In this document: positions 47,234-55,347 of the stretch, piece after piece
Layout: every line of letters begins with the position of its first letter
How positions within the stretch are numbered: position 1 is the first letter of the stretch
Assembly: GCA_018651725.1 (NCBI GenBank)
Contig: JABIDK010000001.1
Coordinates: 748 to 64,747 of the forward strand
Length of the DNA stretch: 64,000 nucleotides
Direction of reading: 5' to 3'
Source: Candidatus Falkowbacteria bacterium
GTDB lineage: Bacteria; Patescibacteriota; Patescibacteriia; JAACEG01
Translations under genes and position numbers: made by a program
The notes under the pieces: generated by a model
What the model was told of the DNA's origin: nothing
The model's input: the letters and a program-made list of their open reading frames with translations, nothing else
Database searches by the model: none

Positions 47234-48733
47234 CTATTTAACCCAGTGTTTTTCTTTTATTTCTTTGTCTTCTTCCTCTTTTTTTTCTTTTATTTTGCCT
47301 TTAGCTTGTTTTCTTAGATCCTTTAAGTCCATTTTATCAAGTTCTTTGGCTCGTTTTTTCAAGTATGTTTTAGTATTATTTTTGGGATTTTCTATTACTT
47401 CGGCTAATAAACAATCTAAAATTGCTCCAAATTTGGGACTAGGAGACATTTTCAGGTCTTTTATCAATGTTTCACCACTCACCTTAAGACTTTTTACGGA
47501 AATTGGATCTTTGCTGACTTTATCGATTAAATACTCTAAATGGCGTAATTTGTAGGGTTTTGCCTTTGGGACACCAGACCCAAGCCTGTCTGAAATGCGT
47601 AAATCCATTAAATCTTTCATATTCTCTTTACCTACTTTTTTTACCAGTCTCCTGATTCCGGCATCTGAAACATCACCAACATTATAGTAAAACATGTGGT
47701 TTTTAATCAAATGAGTTACTTTTTCAACGTCTTGGCTGGAAAAAGCCATTCTTTTCATTATTTTTTTAGCTATTTTAGCGCCAACGATGTCGTGGTTGTA
47801 GAAAGTAGCATCAATTCCTTGTCCGCGTTTGGTTTGCGGTTTGGCAATATCATGAAATAAAGCTGCCAATCTAACGCGGTAGTCCTTGCTTGGACAGTGT
47901 TTTAGTGACATTATTAAATGTTTAAAGATAGTATAGGTATGATGCTTGTTTTGATTCATTCCTACACCAAGCTCTAATTCTGGGATAATATATTGCAAAA
48001 GCTTAGCGTTTCGTAGCAAAAGTATACCTTCTTCAGGAGTTTCTGACTGTAAAATCTTAATAAACTCATCGTGAATTCGTTCGTTGGCTATTTTTTTGAT
48101 TAATTTAGCGTTATTTCTGATAGCTTTTAAGGTTTTCGGCTCTATTTTCCAACCTAAAACAACCGCAAATCTAATCGCACGCATCATTCTAAGCGCATCT
48201 TCATTAAAACGCTCGTTCGGATCACCAACCGCCCTAATTAACTTGTTTTTAAGGTCTTTTTGACCGTTAAACAGATCTGTAACTTGATAGTTGTTATCTG
48301 TTGTTTGGTTTTTTGTGTTTTTTGATTGCGCCCGATGTTTCACGTGAAACATTGCCAGTGCATTTACTGTAAAATCTCGTCTTTCTAGGTCTTCTTTTAG
48401 GGTTTTAGCAAATTTTACGCTATCTGGTCGTCTTTTGTCGCTATATTTTGACTCGATTCTGTAGGTTGTTATCTCTACTATATCTATTGTTTCGTCATTA
48501 TTGTTTTTGATTTTTATGCCTACAGTCCCAAATTTATTCTCATAAACAGTTTCAGGGAATATTTTTTGTATTTCTTTTGGTCTGGCGTTTGTAGTGATAT
48601 CCCAATCCTTTGGTTTATTATTTATCAATAAATCACGAACGCAACCACCAACAAGATAAGCCTCAAAATTGGCCTTTTCTAGTGTTTTTAGTGTATTTTG
48701 TACGTATTTTGGGATTTTCATAGTCATAGTCAT
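47234..48733 (-). CDS. cca: CCA-adding tRNA nucleotidyltransferase with a C-terminal HD domain
   Basis: GGCVRDLLINNKPKDWDITT and RRDFTVNALA head motifs, HD region ALFHDIAKP. Contains an in-frame parS-derived insertion (MFHVKH...). Confidence 0.85.
   Translation of the reverse strand: MTMTMKIPKYVQNTLKTLEKANFEAYLVGGCVRDLLINNKPKDWDITTNARPKEIQKIFPETVYENKFGTVGIKIKNNNDETIDIVEITTYRIESKYSDKRRPDSVKFAKTLKEDLERRDFTVNALAMFHVKHRAQSKNTKNQTTDNNYQVTDLFNGQKDLKNKLIRAVGDPNERFNEDALRMMRAIRFAVVLGWKIEPKTLKAIRNNAKLIKKIANERIHDEFIKILQSETPEEGILLLRNAKLLQYIIPELELGVGMNQNKHHTYTIFKHLIMSLKHCPSKDYRVRLAALFHDIAKPQTKRGQGIDATFYNHDIVGAKIAKKIMKRMAFSSQDVEKVTHLIKNHMFYYNVGDVSDAGIRRLVKKVGKENMKDLMDLRISDRLGSGVPKAKPYKLRHLEYLIDKVSKDPISVKSLKVSGETLIKDLKMSPSPKFGAILDCLLAEVIENPKNNTKTYLKKRAKELDKMDLKDLRKQAKGKIKEKKEEEDKEIKEKHWVK
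48336..48351. repeat. parS-type palindrome, copy 5, in frame inside the cca coding sequence
   Basis: gatgtttcacgtgaaacatt, translated as MFHVKH within Cca. Confidence 0.75.
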
Positions 48734-48777
48734 TTAAGCATATAATCATTTAAACATTTAAGCAAGTTGTTTTGCAA

Positions 48778-48793
48778 TGTTTCACGTGAAACA
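48778..48793. repeat. parS-type palindrome, copy 6
   Basis: aatgtttcacgtgaaacatt. Confidence 0.75.
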
Positions 48794-48860
48794 TTATAAA
48801 ATACTTTTAGGAAGCGGGGAAACTTAGTGTTTCCCCGAGATTGGAAGCATAAAAGTACGA

Positions 48861-49094
48861 TTATGCTGATAAATCAGTTGCACGAATATTTTTTACAACA
48901 CTTTTTGTAAATATTACTGCCTTTTCCGGTGAGTCGAATGCTGGGTTTGTGGAAAGTAACGTTGTATGGAAAAAACCATCATGGTATATATTAACTGCAC
49001 CTGCCCATTTACCGGTTTTTTTATCCTGACCATACGGTTCGCAACGAATATCGTTGTCTTTATTCTGGATAACTAATGCTGTATATCTTGTCAT
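48861..49094 (-). CDS. Small hypothetical protein (77 aa)
   Basis: ORF only. Confidence 0.4.
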   Translation of the reverse strand: MTRYTALVIQNKDNDIRCEPYGQDKKTGKWAGAVNIYHDGFFHTTLLSTNPAFDSPEKAVIFTKSVVKNIRATDLSA

Positions 49095-49185
49095 GACACC
49101 CTCCTTTTGCTGATTTAACTTAGTTTAGCCTCCTAAAAGTATTTTATTTTCTAAAGAACAAGATTTTAGATCGTTTAATTGTTAA

Positions 49186-49201
49186 TGTTTCACGTGAAAC
49201 A
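49186..49201. repeat. parS-type palindrome, copy 7
   Basis: aatgtttcacgtgaaacatt. Confidence 0.75.
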
Positions 49202-49243
49202 TTCTTAGCGTTTTATTCTCATGTTTTTTACTTTTTTGAGGAT

Positions 49244-49259
49244 TGTTTCACGTGAAACA
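49244..49259. repeat. parS-type palindrome, copy 8
   Basis: attgtttcacgtgaaacaat. Confidence 0.75.
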
Positions 49260-49274
49260 ATTTTGTGTTTTGTG

Positions 49275-50240
49275 TTATATTTTGATGTTTTTGGCTAACT
49301 GAATGTATTTTTGAGCTGTTTGAGGTAGTTTGTGACCGAGTATTTGCTGGATTTCGCTTACTTTAGTGCCTTTTTTTGCTAAATTAACTGCGAATGTATG
49401 TCGTAGCGAATGACAAGTAGCTTGTTTTTTGATTTTTGTTTTTTTAAAGACTTGTAGAAAGGCTTTTTGAATGGCTCTTTCGGTTAATTTTTGATTTTTT
49501 TGTCCTTTAAATAAATAATTATCTGATAATGTTTCACCCGCCACCAGAACGGTGTCGGGCAGGCGTGAAACATTATCGTCATATGATTGTTCTTGCCCGC
49601 CTGCAACGCTGTAGCAACTGCGGGCAGGTGTTCCAATATATTTTTTTAGCTTTTCAACAATATTTTTTGGTAAACCTAATGTTCTTTTTTGGTGTTTTCC
49701 GTTATTAGTTATTTTAACTTGATTTTTAAAAAAGTCCAGTGTTTTTACCTTAATATTAACTATTTCTGATATTCTAAGGCCTGTTAAGTACATTAATTCA
49801 AAAATTAGCCGATGTTTTGGGTTTTGGGTTGATTTTAGTATTTTGTTTACCTCTTTATCTGTTAAAATAACTGGTTGTTTTTTATCAAGCTTGGCCCGAC
49901 CGATTTTTCCATGCGGAGCAAAAAATTTACGATGTAAAATGCTCTCAAAATAGAACTTTAAAGCACTATGGGTGGTATTTAAGGTAGAACGTGACTTTTT
50001 TTCTTTAACTAGTTTCTCTAAGTAGCTAATTATATCTTTACTTTGAATATTTTTAGGGCTTTTACTCGCAAAACTAACTATTTCTGAGATATAATAAAGG
50101 TAGCTTTTAATGGTTTTACTATCAAAATTCAACTCAACCATTGTTTTCTTTAGCTTATGAAGTGGATTTTTACTGGGGTATTTGTAGGGAATCATGTTAA
50201 TATTTAAACAAGCGAAACGACGATGTTTCACGTGAAACAT
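49275..50240 (-). CDS. Tyrosine recombinase / integrase (XerC/XerD-like); start codon uncertain
   Basis: C-terminal catalytic region HSLRHTFAVNLAKKGTKVSEIQQILGH...YIQ. The annotated N-terminus MFHVKH is encoded by a parS copy, so the real start is probably an internal Met. The ORF contains in-frame GC-rich palindromic insertions. Confidence 0.75.
   Translation of the reverse strand: MFHVKHRRFACLNINMIPYKYPSKNPLHKLKKTMVELNFDSKTIKSYLYYISEIVSFASKSPKNIQSKDIISYLEKLVKEKKSRSTLNTTHSALKFYFESILHRKFFAPHGKIGRAKLDKKQPVILTDKEVNKILKSTQNPKHRLIFELMYLTGLRISEIVNIKVKTLDFFKNQVKITNNGKHQKRTLGLPKNIVEKLKKYIGTPARSCYSVAGGQEQSYDDNVSRLPDTVLVAGETLSDNYLFKGQKNQKLTERAIQKAFLQVFKKTKIKKQATCHSLRHTFAVNLAKKGTKVSEIQQILGHKLPQTAQKYIQLAKNIKI
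49530..49572. repeat. Split parS: the two half-sites are separated by a 27-bp GC-rich insert, inside the integrase ORF
   Basis: tgtttcac | ccgccaccagaacggtgtcgggcaggc | gtgaaaca. Confidence 0.65.
49596..49630. repeat. GC-rich 35-bp element, copy A, in frame in the integrase ORF
   Basis: cccgcctgcaacgctgtagcaactgcgggcaggtg. A near-identical copy lies at 60860-60893. Confidence 0.65.
50224..50239. repeat. parS-type palindrome, copy 9
   Basis: gatgtttcacgtgaaacatt. Confidence 0.75.
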
Positions 50241-50303
50241 TTGTTATCACGTACATTTTTTGGTTTAGGTTAAGGCCCGTGTGTTTTCTTATCTTTTTAT
50301 TAA

Positions 50304-50319
50304 TGTTTCACGTGAAACA
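50304..50319. repeat. parS-type palindrome, copy 10
   Basis: aatgtttcacgtgaaacatt. Confidence 0.75.
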
Positions 50320-50561
50320 TTAATATGATTGGAAATTTGTTGTTAATTACGTTATAATAATAGCATGAATAAAATAAAAAGTCAAATAGTTCGGATATAA
50401 CGAAGGTTTATTTAATAATCTTGTATTTTTTAAAAAGTTTGATATACTTTAAGTAGGTAGTTTTAACAAGCTGTAAGTTCGCATAACATACAAAATTAAG
50501 CTATTAAAAATCAATAAGTTCGTTAATAACTTCTTATATGAAATAAAATTAAGGTAACTAT

Positions 50562-51110
50562 ATGGGAAATTCTGATGAAATTAACAACATAATAAATCCA
50601 GTCATTAAGGGAGAACGACCAACCTACCATCTAATTACAGAAGAAAAACTAAACGATTTAATACAAAATAGTTTTGCAGGTAGTATTTGTTTTGTATTAT
50701 TTTCTATTTTAGTTGGTGCAGCTATCACTGAAAAAGACTGGATTTATTTTCTGATTGGAGTAGTATTTTTTTCATTTTCGCTATATTTTTATTGGCGCAA
50801 AATAAAGTTTATAAGAAAAACCAAGAAATCTGGTGAAGTTCGTTCATTCGAATATGAAGCAACAGAGAATGACGATAGTAAATTGACGGTAGTAAAAGCA
50901 ATTTATGGAACTCCACCCGACAATACTGTAGATATTACTAACATTTTAAACGACAAGATTAGTGAAAATAAACTTTCATTCGTAGCATCCAATAAATTAG
51001 CAGGTGATCCACGTAAGGGGTTTATAAAAACACTTGAAATTGAATATAAAACGGGCAATAAGATTATCAAGAAAAAATATAGCGAAAATGAAAATGTAAA
51101 TTTGCCATAA
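50562..51110 (+). CDS. Hypothetical membrane protein (2 TM plus a C-terminal soluble domain)
   Basis: ORF with a hydrophobic pair of helices. Confidence 0.5.
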   Translation: MGNSDEINNIINPVIKGERPTYHLITEEKLNDLIQNSFAGSICFVLFSILVGAAITEKDWIYFLIGVVFFSFSLYFYWRKIKFIRKTKKSGEVRSFEYEATENDDSKLTVVKAIYGTPPDNTVDITNILNDKISENKLSFVASNKLAGDPRKGFIKTLEIEYKTGNKIIKKKYSENENVNLP

Positions 51111-51179
51111 AATTTTTTACATCATATAGCACGGGATATATGGTTCGCGAACTAAATTAAATATTTATTTTATAATTTT

Positions 51180-51761
51180 ATGAATACAAAGTGCATTATA
51201 ATCCACGGCTGTCCATCTAACGCCGAAAAAGCCATGGACCCGGAAACTCGAACTTATGACAAACACTGGCTACCATGGACTAAACAACAATTAGAAGAAC
51301 GTGGCATTAAAACGGAAACTCCTCTCATGCCTTCCCCCTGGGAACCTGTTTACGAAGATTTTAAGTCAGAGTTTGAAAAACTTGAAATTGATGAGAACAC
51401 AGTTTTAATAGGTCATAGTTGTGGTAGTGCTTTTTTAGTTCGTTGGCTTGGTGAGTCGAAAAGAAAAATCTCTAAACTTTTTTTAGTTGCACCCTGGAAA
51501 ACTACCGACAGGCATGGAACCAAAAATGAATGCAAAGAAAAATTTTACACCTATGATATTGATGAAAGTATTAAAGACTGTGTAGAAGAGATTGTTATGT
51601 TTACCGCCAACGATGAAGACCCTAAGGGTAAAAAAAGTTTAAAAATTTTTCACGACGTACTAGGTGGCGAAATAATTGAATTACAAAACCACGGACACTA
51701 CACAATGGGTGACATGGGAACCGAAAAGTTTCCTGAGTTGGTTGATAAAATTGTAAAATAA
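51180..51761 (+). CDS. Alpha/beta-fold serine hydrolase (YdeN/RBBP9-like)
   Basis: Nucleophile elbow LIGHSCGSAF; 193 aa. Confidence 0.65.
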   Translation: MNTKCIIIHGCPSNAEKAMDPETRTYDKHWLPWTKQQLEERGIKTETPLMPSPWEPVYEDFKSEFEKLEIDENTVLIGHSCGSAFLVRWLGESKRKISKLFLVAPWKTTDRHGTKNECKEKFYTYDIDESIKDCVEEIVMFTANDEDPKGKKSLKIFHDVLGGEIIELQNHGHYTMGDMGTEKFPELVDKIVK

Positions 51762-51899
51762 ATATTTAATTCTTAACGCTTGTTCCCCCAAATTTTTGAA
51801 ATAATAATTAATTATAATAAAGTATTTCAAAAACTTCGTTTATTCGGATATGTTACGTGAAATAGCCCAAAGAAATCCGTAGTAATGCTAGATTTTGTG

Positions 51900-51931
51900 C
51901 AAAGAAAAAAGGGAATACACGAATGCATTCC
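51900..51931 (-). terminator. Rho-independent terminator on the minus strand
   Basis: Minus-strand reading is gggaatgcattcgtgtattcccttttttc. Confidence 0.65.
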
Positions 51932-52250
51932 CTAAAAGTTTGATGTCCTTTGAAACGTCGCAATTTAAGCGATATTCGCTTTCGGGATGCAAGGTCGGTA
52001 TTTCAAGGACGACTCCATCTTAGCTGGCGCCAAAACTTCACAGTCTCCCGACTATCCTACACACTACACTCCTATCTCCGAACTGGCTATGTGTGGGAAT
52101 CGAACCCACCACACAAGAAATTTTTTTCCGTGCTGTAGCCAAGCAACCGTTTACAAACTTTTCTTAAATTTAGCAGATATAAAAAATAAGTCAAGTACCC
52201 ACGTAAAATAACAAAAAAATTTCTTTCTGGTAGTTTCTTTAAAGTTTGTA
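51932..52250 (-). ncRNA. Candidate structured ncRNA containing a tRNA-like T-arm (GTGGGTTCGATTCCCAC); not a canonical tRNA
   Basis: The minus strand at 52093-52109 reads gtgggttcgattcccac followed by acatagcc. The roughly 350-nt interval has no convincing ORF and is bounded by terminators at 51900-51931 and 52250-52284. I found no matching 5' acceptor strand. Confidence 0.3.
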
Positions 52251-52284
52251 AATAAAAAGCCCTGTGAGATTTTCTTCACAGAGC
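52250..52284 (-). terminator. Rho-independent terminator for ORF 52313-52498
   Basis: Minus-strand reading is ctctgtgaagaaaatctcacagggctttttattt. Confidence 0.6.
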
Positions 52285-52312
52285 TAGGTAATGCTTTTAA
52301 AACGAGATAGGC

Positions 52313-52498
52313 TTATATGTCTTCAAGTGGACACCATTCCGGTAATTTTCGCCAATCAGTTACTAGCTTACGATTAAGCTTTCTTTCGTCTTCATAGGTC
52401 TGAAAACAAAGTGTGTGATAGGGTTTAACCGGGGTTAAGGTGATACTGCTTGAATGTGGACAATTGCCACAATTTTCTACCACATAAATTTTTGCCAT
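52313..52498 (-). CDS. Small Cys-containing protein (61 aa)
   Basis: Strong RBS taggagg; ENCGNCPHS...C...C. Confidence 0.45.
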   Translation of the reverse strand: MAKIYVVENCGNCPHSSSITLTPVKPYHTLCFQTYEDERKLNRKLVTDWRKLPEWCPLEDI

Positions 52499-52694
52499 TA
52501 TTTCCTCCTATTTTAATATTTACACATCTTAATAATTATTTTATATATTTGAACATATAAAGTCAATACATAATTTTGAAAGAAATATTAAACTTTAAAA
52601 TGTTGACAAAATTCGCGACCGCGAATTATATCAACATTTTAGGGGTTGTGATAAGTGGAGTGGTATCGTTTTTTTTAAAAGTATAATTAAAATT

Positions 52695-53171
52695 ATGAGA
52701 AAAAAACGTATTATAGTTTGTGGAATTGTTTATAGTAACAACAAGGTATTACTGGGACGAAAAGCAAAAGGAGTCCCACCATATCCTGATGTTTGGCATA
52801 CTTTGGGTGGTGGCGTAAAAGATACTGATAAGGCGGAGCAGTTGCTATTGAATAATACGTATAATGCTTCATATTTTTTAGAAGAGTTAAGACGTGAATT
52901 AGCAGAAGAAGCTGGAATAAAAATAAATAACTCAACAAATATTTGCCCGAAGTATCGCGATAATCCGCGAGAAGCTATTGCAGCGAATAAAGATGGCGAT
53001 GAAACTAAATATATCTTTTTGGAATACTTATGCGAGTTGGATTTAAGTTCTAGTGATGGTCGTCCAGGAGATGATATTGCAGAACTCCAGTGGGTTGAAA
53101 AAAAAGATCTTAGAAACATAAAACTTACACCACCAAGCCAAGAAATGTATCAAGAATTAGGATGGATGTAA
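52695..53171 (+). CDS. NUDIX hydrolase
   Basis: Nudix box GG..........EELRRELAEEAGI. Confidence 0.75.
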   Translation: MRKKRIIVCGIVYSNNKVLLGRKAKGVPPYPDVWHTLGGGVKDTDKAEQLLLNNTYNASYFLEELRRELAEEAGIKINNSTNICPKYRDNPREAIAANKDGDETKYIFLEYLCELDLSSSDGRPGDDIAELQWVEKKDLRNIKLTPPSQEMYQELGWM

Positions 53172-53254
53172 AAAATTTGATGCATTTGCTTGACTTTTTG
53201 AGTGAATATGTTATAATTATATTATAAATTAGTTAAAAATAACTAAAAATAGAA

Positions 53255-53869
53255 ATGAAGTATATTGATTTTTACCAACATTTTAAAGATTATCCAATTA
53301 TACAATTGGCTGATGTAAAGAATATTGAGAGTGATTTTGACCATAGACGTCTTTATGAATGGCAAAAAAAGGGATATTTGAAAAGAGTGACTAATAATTT
53401 TTATATTTTTGCTGATAAAAAGTTGTCTGATTTTGAAATGAATTTTGTAGCTAATAAATTGTATCAACCATCTTATTTAAGTCTTGAGTATGCTTTAGGG
53501 TTTTATAGTTTAATTCCAGAAATTGTTTTTTTGCATACCTGTATTACCACTAAGAAGACGAAGCAAATAACTTCTAGCATTGGTAATTTTTCTTATCGTA
53601 GCATAAAAAAAGAATTGTTTTTTGGTTATAAGTTAGTCCAAAAGGATAATATGTTTTTAAAAATTGCTGATCCGGAAAAAGCTTTGTTAGATTTTTTATA
53701 TTTGAGGAGTGATATAAAAAATAAAAATGATGTTTATGAGCTACGAATTAATAAGGATGTTTTTAAGGAGATAATTAATCATGAGAAGATAAATAATTAT
53801 TTAAAAAAGTTTAATTCTAAGCAATTAATTAAAAAAATAAAAATAGTAAATAATTATGTTAAGTCTTAA
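53255..53869 (+). CDS. AbiEi-family antitoxin (type IV TA), putative
   Basis: N-terminal wHTH-like region and the PSYLSLEYALGFYSLIPE motif typical of AbiEi. Overlaps the downstream toxin gene by 14 nt. Confidence 0.6.
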   Translation: MKYIDFYQHFKDYPIIQLADVKNIESDFDHRRLYEWQKKGYLKRVTNNFYIFADKKLSDFEMNFVANKLYQPSYLSLEYALGFYSLIPEIVFLHTCITTKKTKQITSSIGNFSYRSIKKELFFGYKLVQKDNMFLKIADPEKALLDFLYLRSDIKNKNDVYELRINKDVFKEIINHEKINNYLKKFNSKQLIKKIKIVNNYVKS

Positions 53870-54626
53870 TGAAATAAAAAAATATTATCCTGATTTGCAG
53901 GGGTTTGAAAGGGGAATTTTGCGAGAACATCTCCAGTATAAAATTTTGGATATCATTTATAGCAGTAAATTTGGTAGAAAGTTGTCATTTTTAGGTGGAA
54001 CAGCTATGAGAATTTGTTATGACGGAAATAGGTTTTCAGAAGATTTGGATTTTGATAATTTTGGGTTAAGTAAAAAGGAATTTGAAGAAATGTCTGAATT
54101 AATTCGAAAGGAGTTAAGTCGTGAGGGTTATAACGTAGAGTATCGAAACGTTTACAAGGGCGCTTATCATACATATCTTAAATTTTCTGATATTTTGTTT
54201 GAAAATAAACTAACAGCAATGAAGAGTGAGAAAATTATGATTCAGATAGATACTGTGCAAGAGAGTGTTGACTATACGCCGAATATTTTAGTGTTGGCAA
54301 AGTTTGATGTTTTTCGAAACATTAAAGTGACTCCGGTTGATATAATTTTATCTAAAAAAATTGGGGCTGTGTTCGGTAGAAAAAGAGTTAAGGGAAGAGA
54401 CTTTTATGATATTGTTTTTTTAAAAGGGTTTACGGATTTTAATTATGACTACTTAAAAGAAAAGTTTGATATTAAAAACAAACAGGATTTAAAAAAGAGG
54501 TTGCTGGAAAAAATTGCTGATCTTGATTTAAAAAAGTTAGCGCGAGATGTGGAGCCGTTTTTGATTAATCAAGACGAAAAAGCAAGAGTTACAGATTTTA
54601 GGGAGTATATTGAACAAAAACTGTGA
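53856..54626 (+). CDS. AbiEii/AbiGii-family nucleotidyltransferase toxin (DUF1814)
   Basis: LSFLGGTAMRICYDGNRFSEDLDFD is the hallmark GGTAL...RFSEDLD motif of AbiEii. Confidence 0.8.
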   Translation: MLSLNEIKKYYPDLQGFERGILREHLQYKILDIIYSSKFGRKLSFLGGTAMRICYDGNRFSEDLDFDNFGLSKKEFEEMSELIRKELSREGYNVEYRNVYKGAYHTYLKFSDILFENKLTAMKSEKIMIQIDTVQESVDYTPNILVLAKFDVFRNIKVTPVDIILSKKIGAVFGRKRVKGRDFYDIVFLKGFTDFNYDYLKEKFDIKNKQDLKKRLLEKIADLDLKKLARDVEPFLINQDEKARVTDFREYIEQKL

Positions 54627-54868
54627 TTACTTTAATAGGCTTGCCTTATAATTTTTTGATAATGTCTTTTTCAGAGATAAAAAAGCAAGCAAAAGCTAAT
54701 AATATTTACTATCACAAATCAACTAATCGTTATCGCGCTAATGTTTATTTGCGCGATGAAAAAGTTTCTTTGGGGGATTTGAAAAATAACGTAACAAAGT
54801 TTTTGAATAAGTGGGAGTTGTTGGGTGCGGAGAAAAAAGTGAGTAGCAGGAAGAAAATGGTGGCGTAA
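54623..54868 (+). CDS. Small hypothetical protein (81 aa)
   Basis: Overlaps the stop of the upstream gene by 4 nt. Confidence 0.35.
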   Translation: MITLIGLPYNFLIMSFSEIKKQAKANNIYYHKSTNRYRANVYLRDEKVSLGDLKNNVTKFLNKWELLGAEKKVSSRKKMVA

Positions 54869-54941
54869 TTAGGGAAAAGTTTTATAAAAGAAAAAAAGAA
54901 GGTGGTTAGACCTTCTTTTTGGGTTTAAGGTTGTCTGAAGT

Positions 54942-55175
54942 TTATTTCAGATCTTTTTTGCAAATTTCGGCGAATTCACGAAAGGCTTTTTCTGTTTCTT
55001 CGTCGACTTTGACGCATCTTACTCCCAGGAAGTGGTTTGTGTCAGTTTTTTCCATTGCTTCCTGAATTTGTTTTGTTAATTCCTGGAGTCTTGGAGTTTC
55101 ATTTTCAAACTCCTTAAAGTTGGGGTGTTGAAGATGTGGTGTCAACAGATCATTTGCCTCTCCTAAAAACATCAT
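54942..55175 (-). CDS. Small hypothetical protein (77 aa)
   Basis: ORF with RBS ggaggaat. Confidence 0.4.
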   Translation of the reverse strand: MMFLGEANDLLTPHLQHPNFKEFENETPRLQELTKQIQEAMEKTDTNHFLGVRCVKVDEETEKAFREFAEICKKDLK

Positions 55176-55347
55176 TGGTTATTCCTCCTTTAAGATAGAA
55201 TTGTACGATACTTGTTTCTTTGTTGATTAAAAATATATTAACATAGCAACGTTGTTTGTCAATAAAATGTTAAATTTTATTTTTAATATAAAAAACAGCG
55301 GAAATATTTCTGCTGTTTTTTTATGATCAATATTTTTATATAATATT

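Noticed and set aside
49275-50240. Integrase start codon at 50240 (MFHVKHRR…)
   Set aside because: The first six codons are simply parS copy 9 read in frame. The genuine start is more likely an internal Met (MIPYKY… or MVELNF…). I kept the ORF bounds but flagged the uncertainty.
46495-50319. Possible CRISPR array, because of the many identical short repeats
   Set aside because: The repeats are perfect palindromes and irregularly spaced (38 bp to over 1 kb). They lie inside and between genes and have no uniform spacers, so they are not CRISPR. They match the parS consensus instead.
52085-52160. Canonical tRNA gene on the minus strand
   Set aside because: There is a perfect T-arm (GTGGG-TTCGATT-CCCAC), but no complementary 5' acceptor strand, D-arm or anticodon arm within 90 nt. 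I kept it only as a low-confidence tRNA-like ncRNA or fragment.
51932-52250. tmRNA (ssrA)
   Set aside because: I found no 5' GGGG-type acceptor start and no recognisable tag ORF ending in a hydrophobic ...AA stop. The T-arm is not at the 3' end of the interval. A permuted tmRNA cannot be excluded without covariance-model tools.
53255-54626. Treating the AbiE pair as the novel system
   Set aside because: The motifs match the well-described AbiEi/AbiEii type IV TA families. It is noteworthy as a defence locus but not undescribed.
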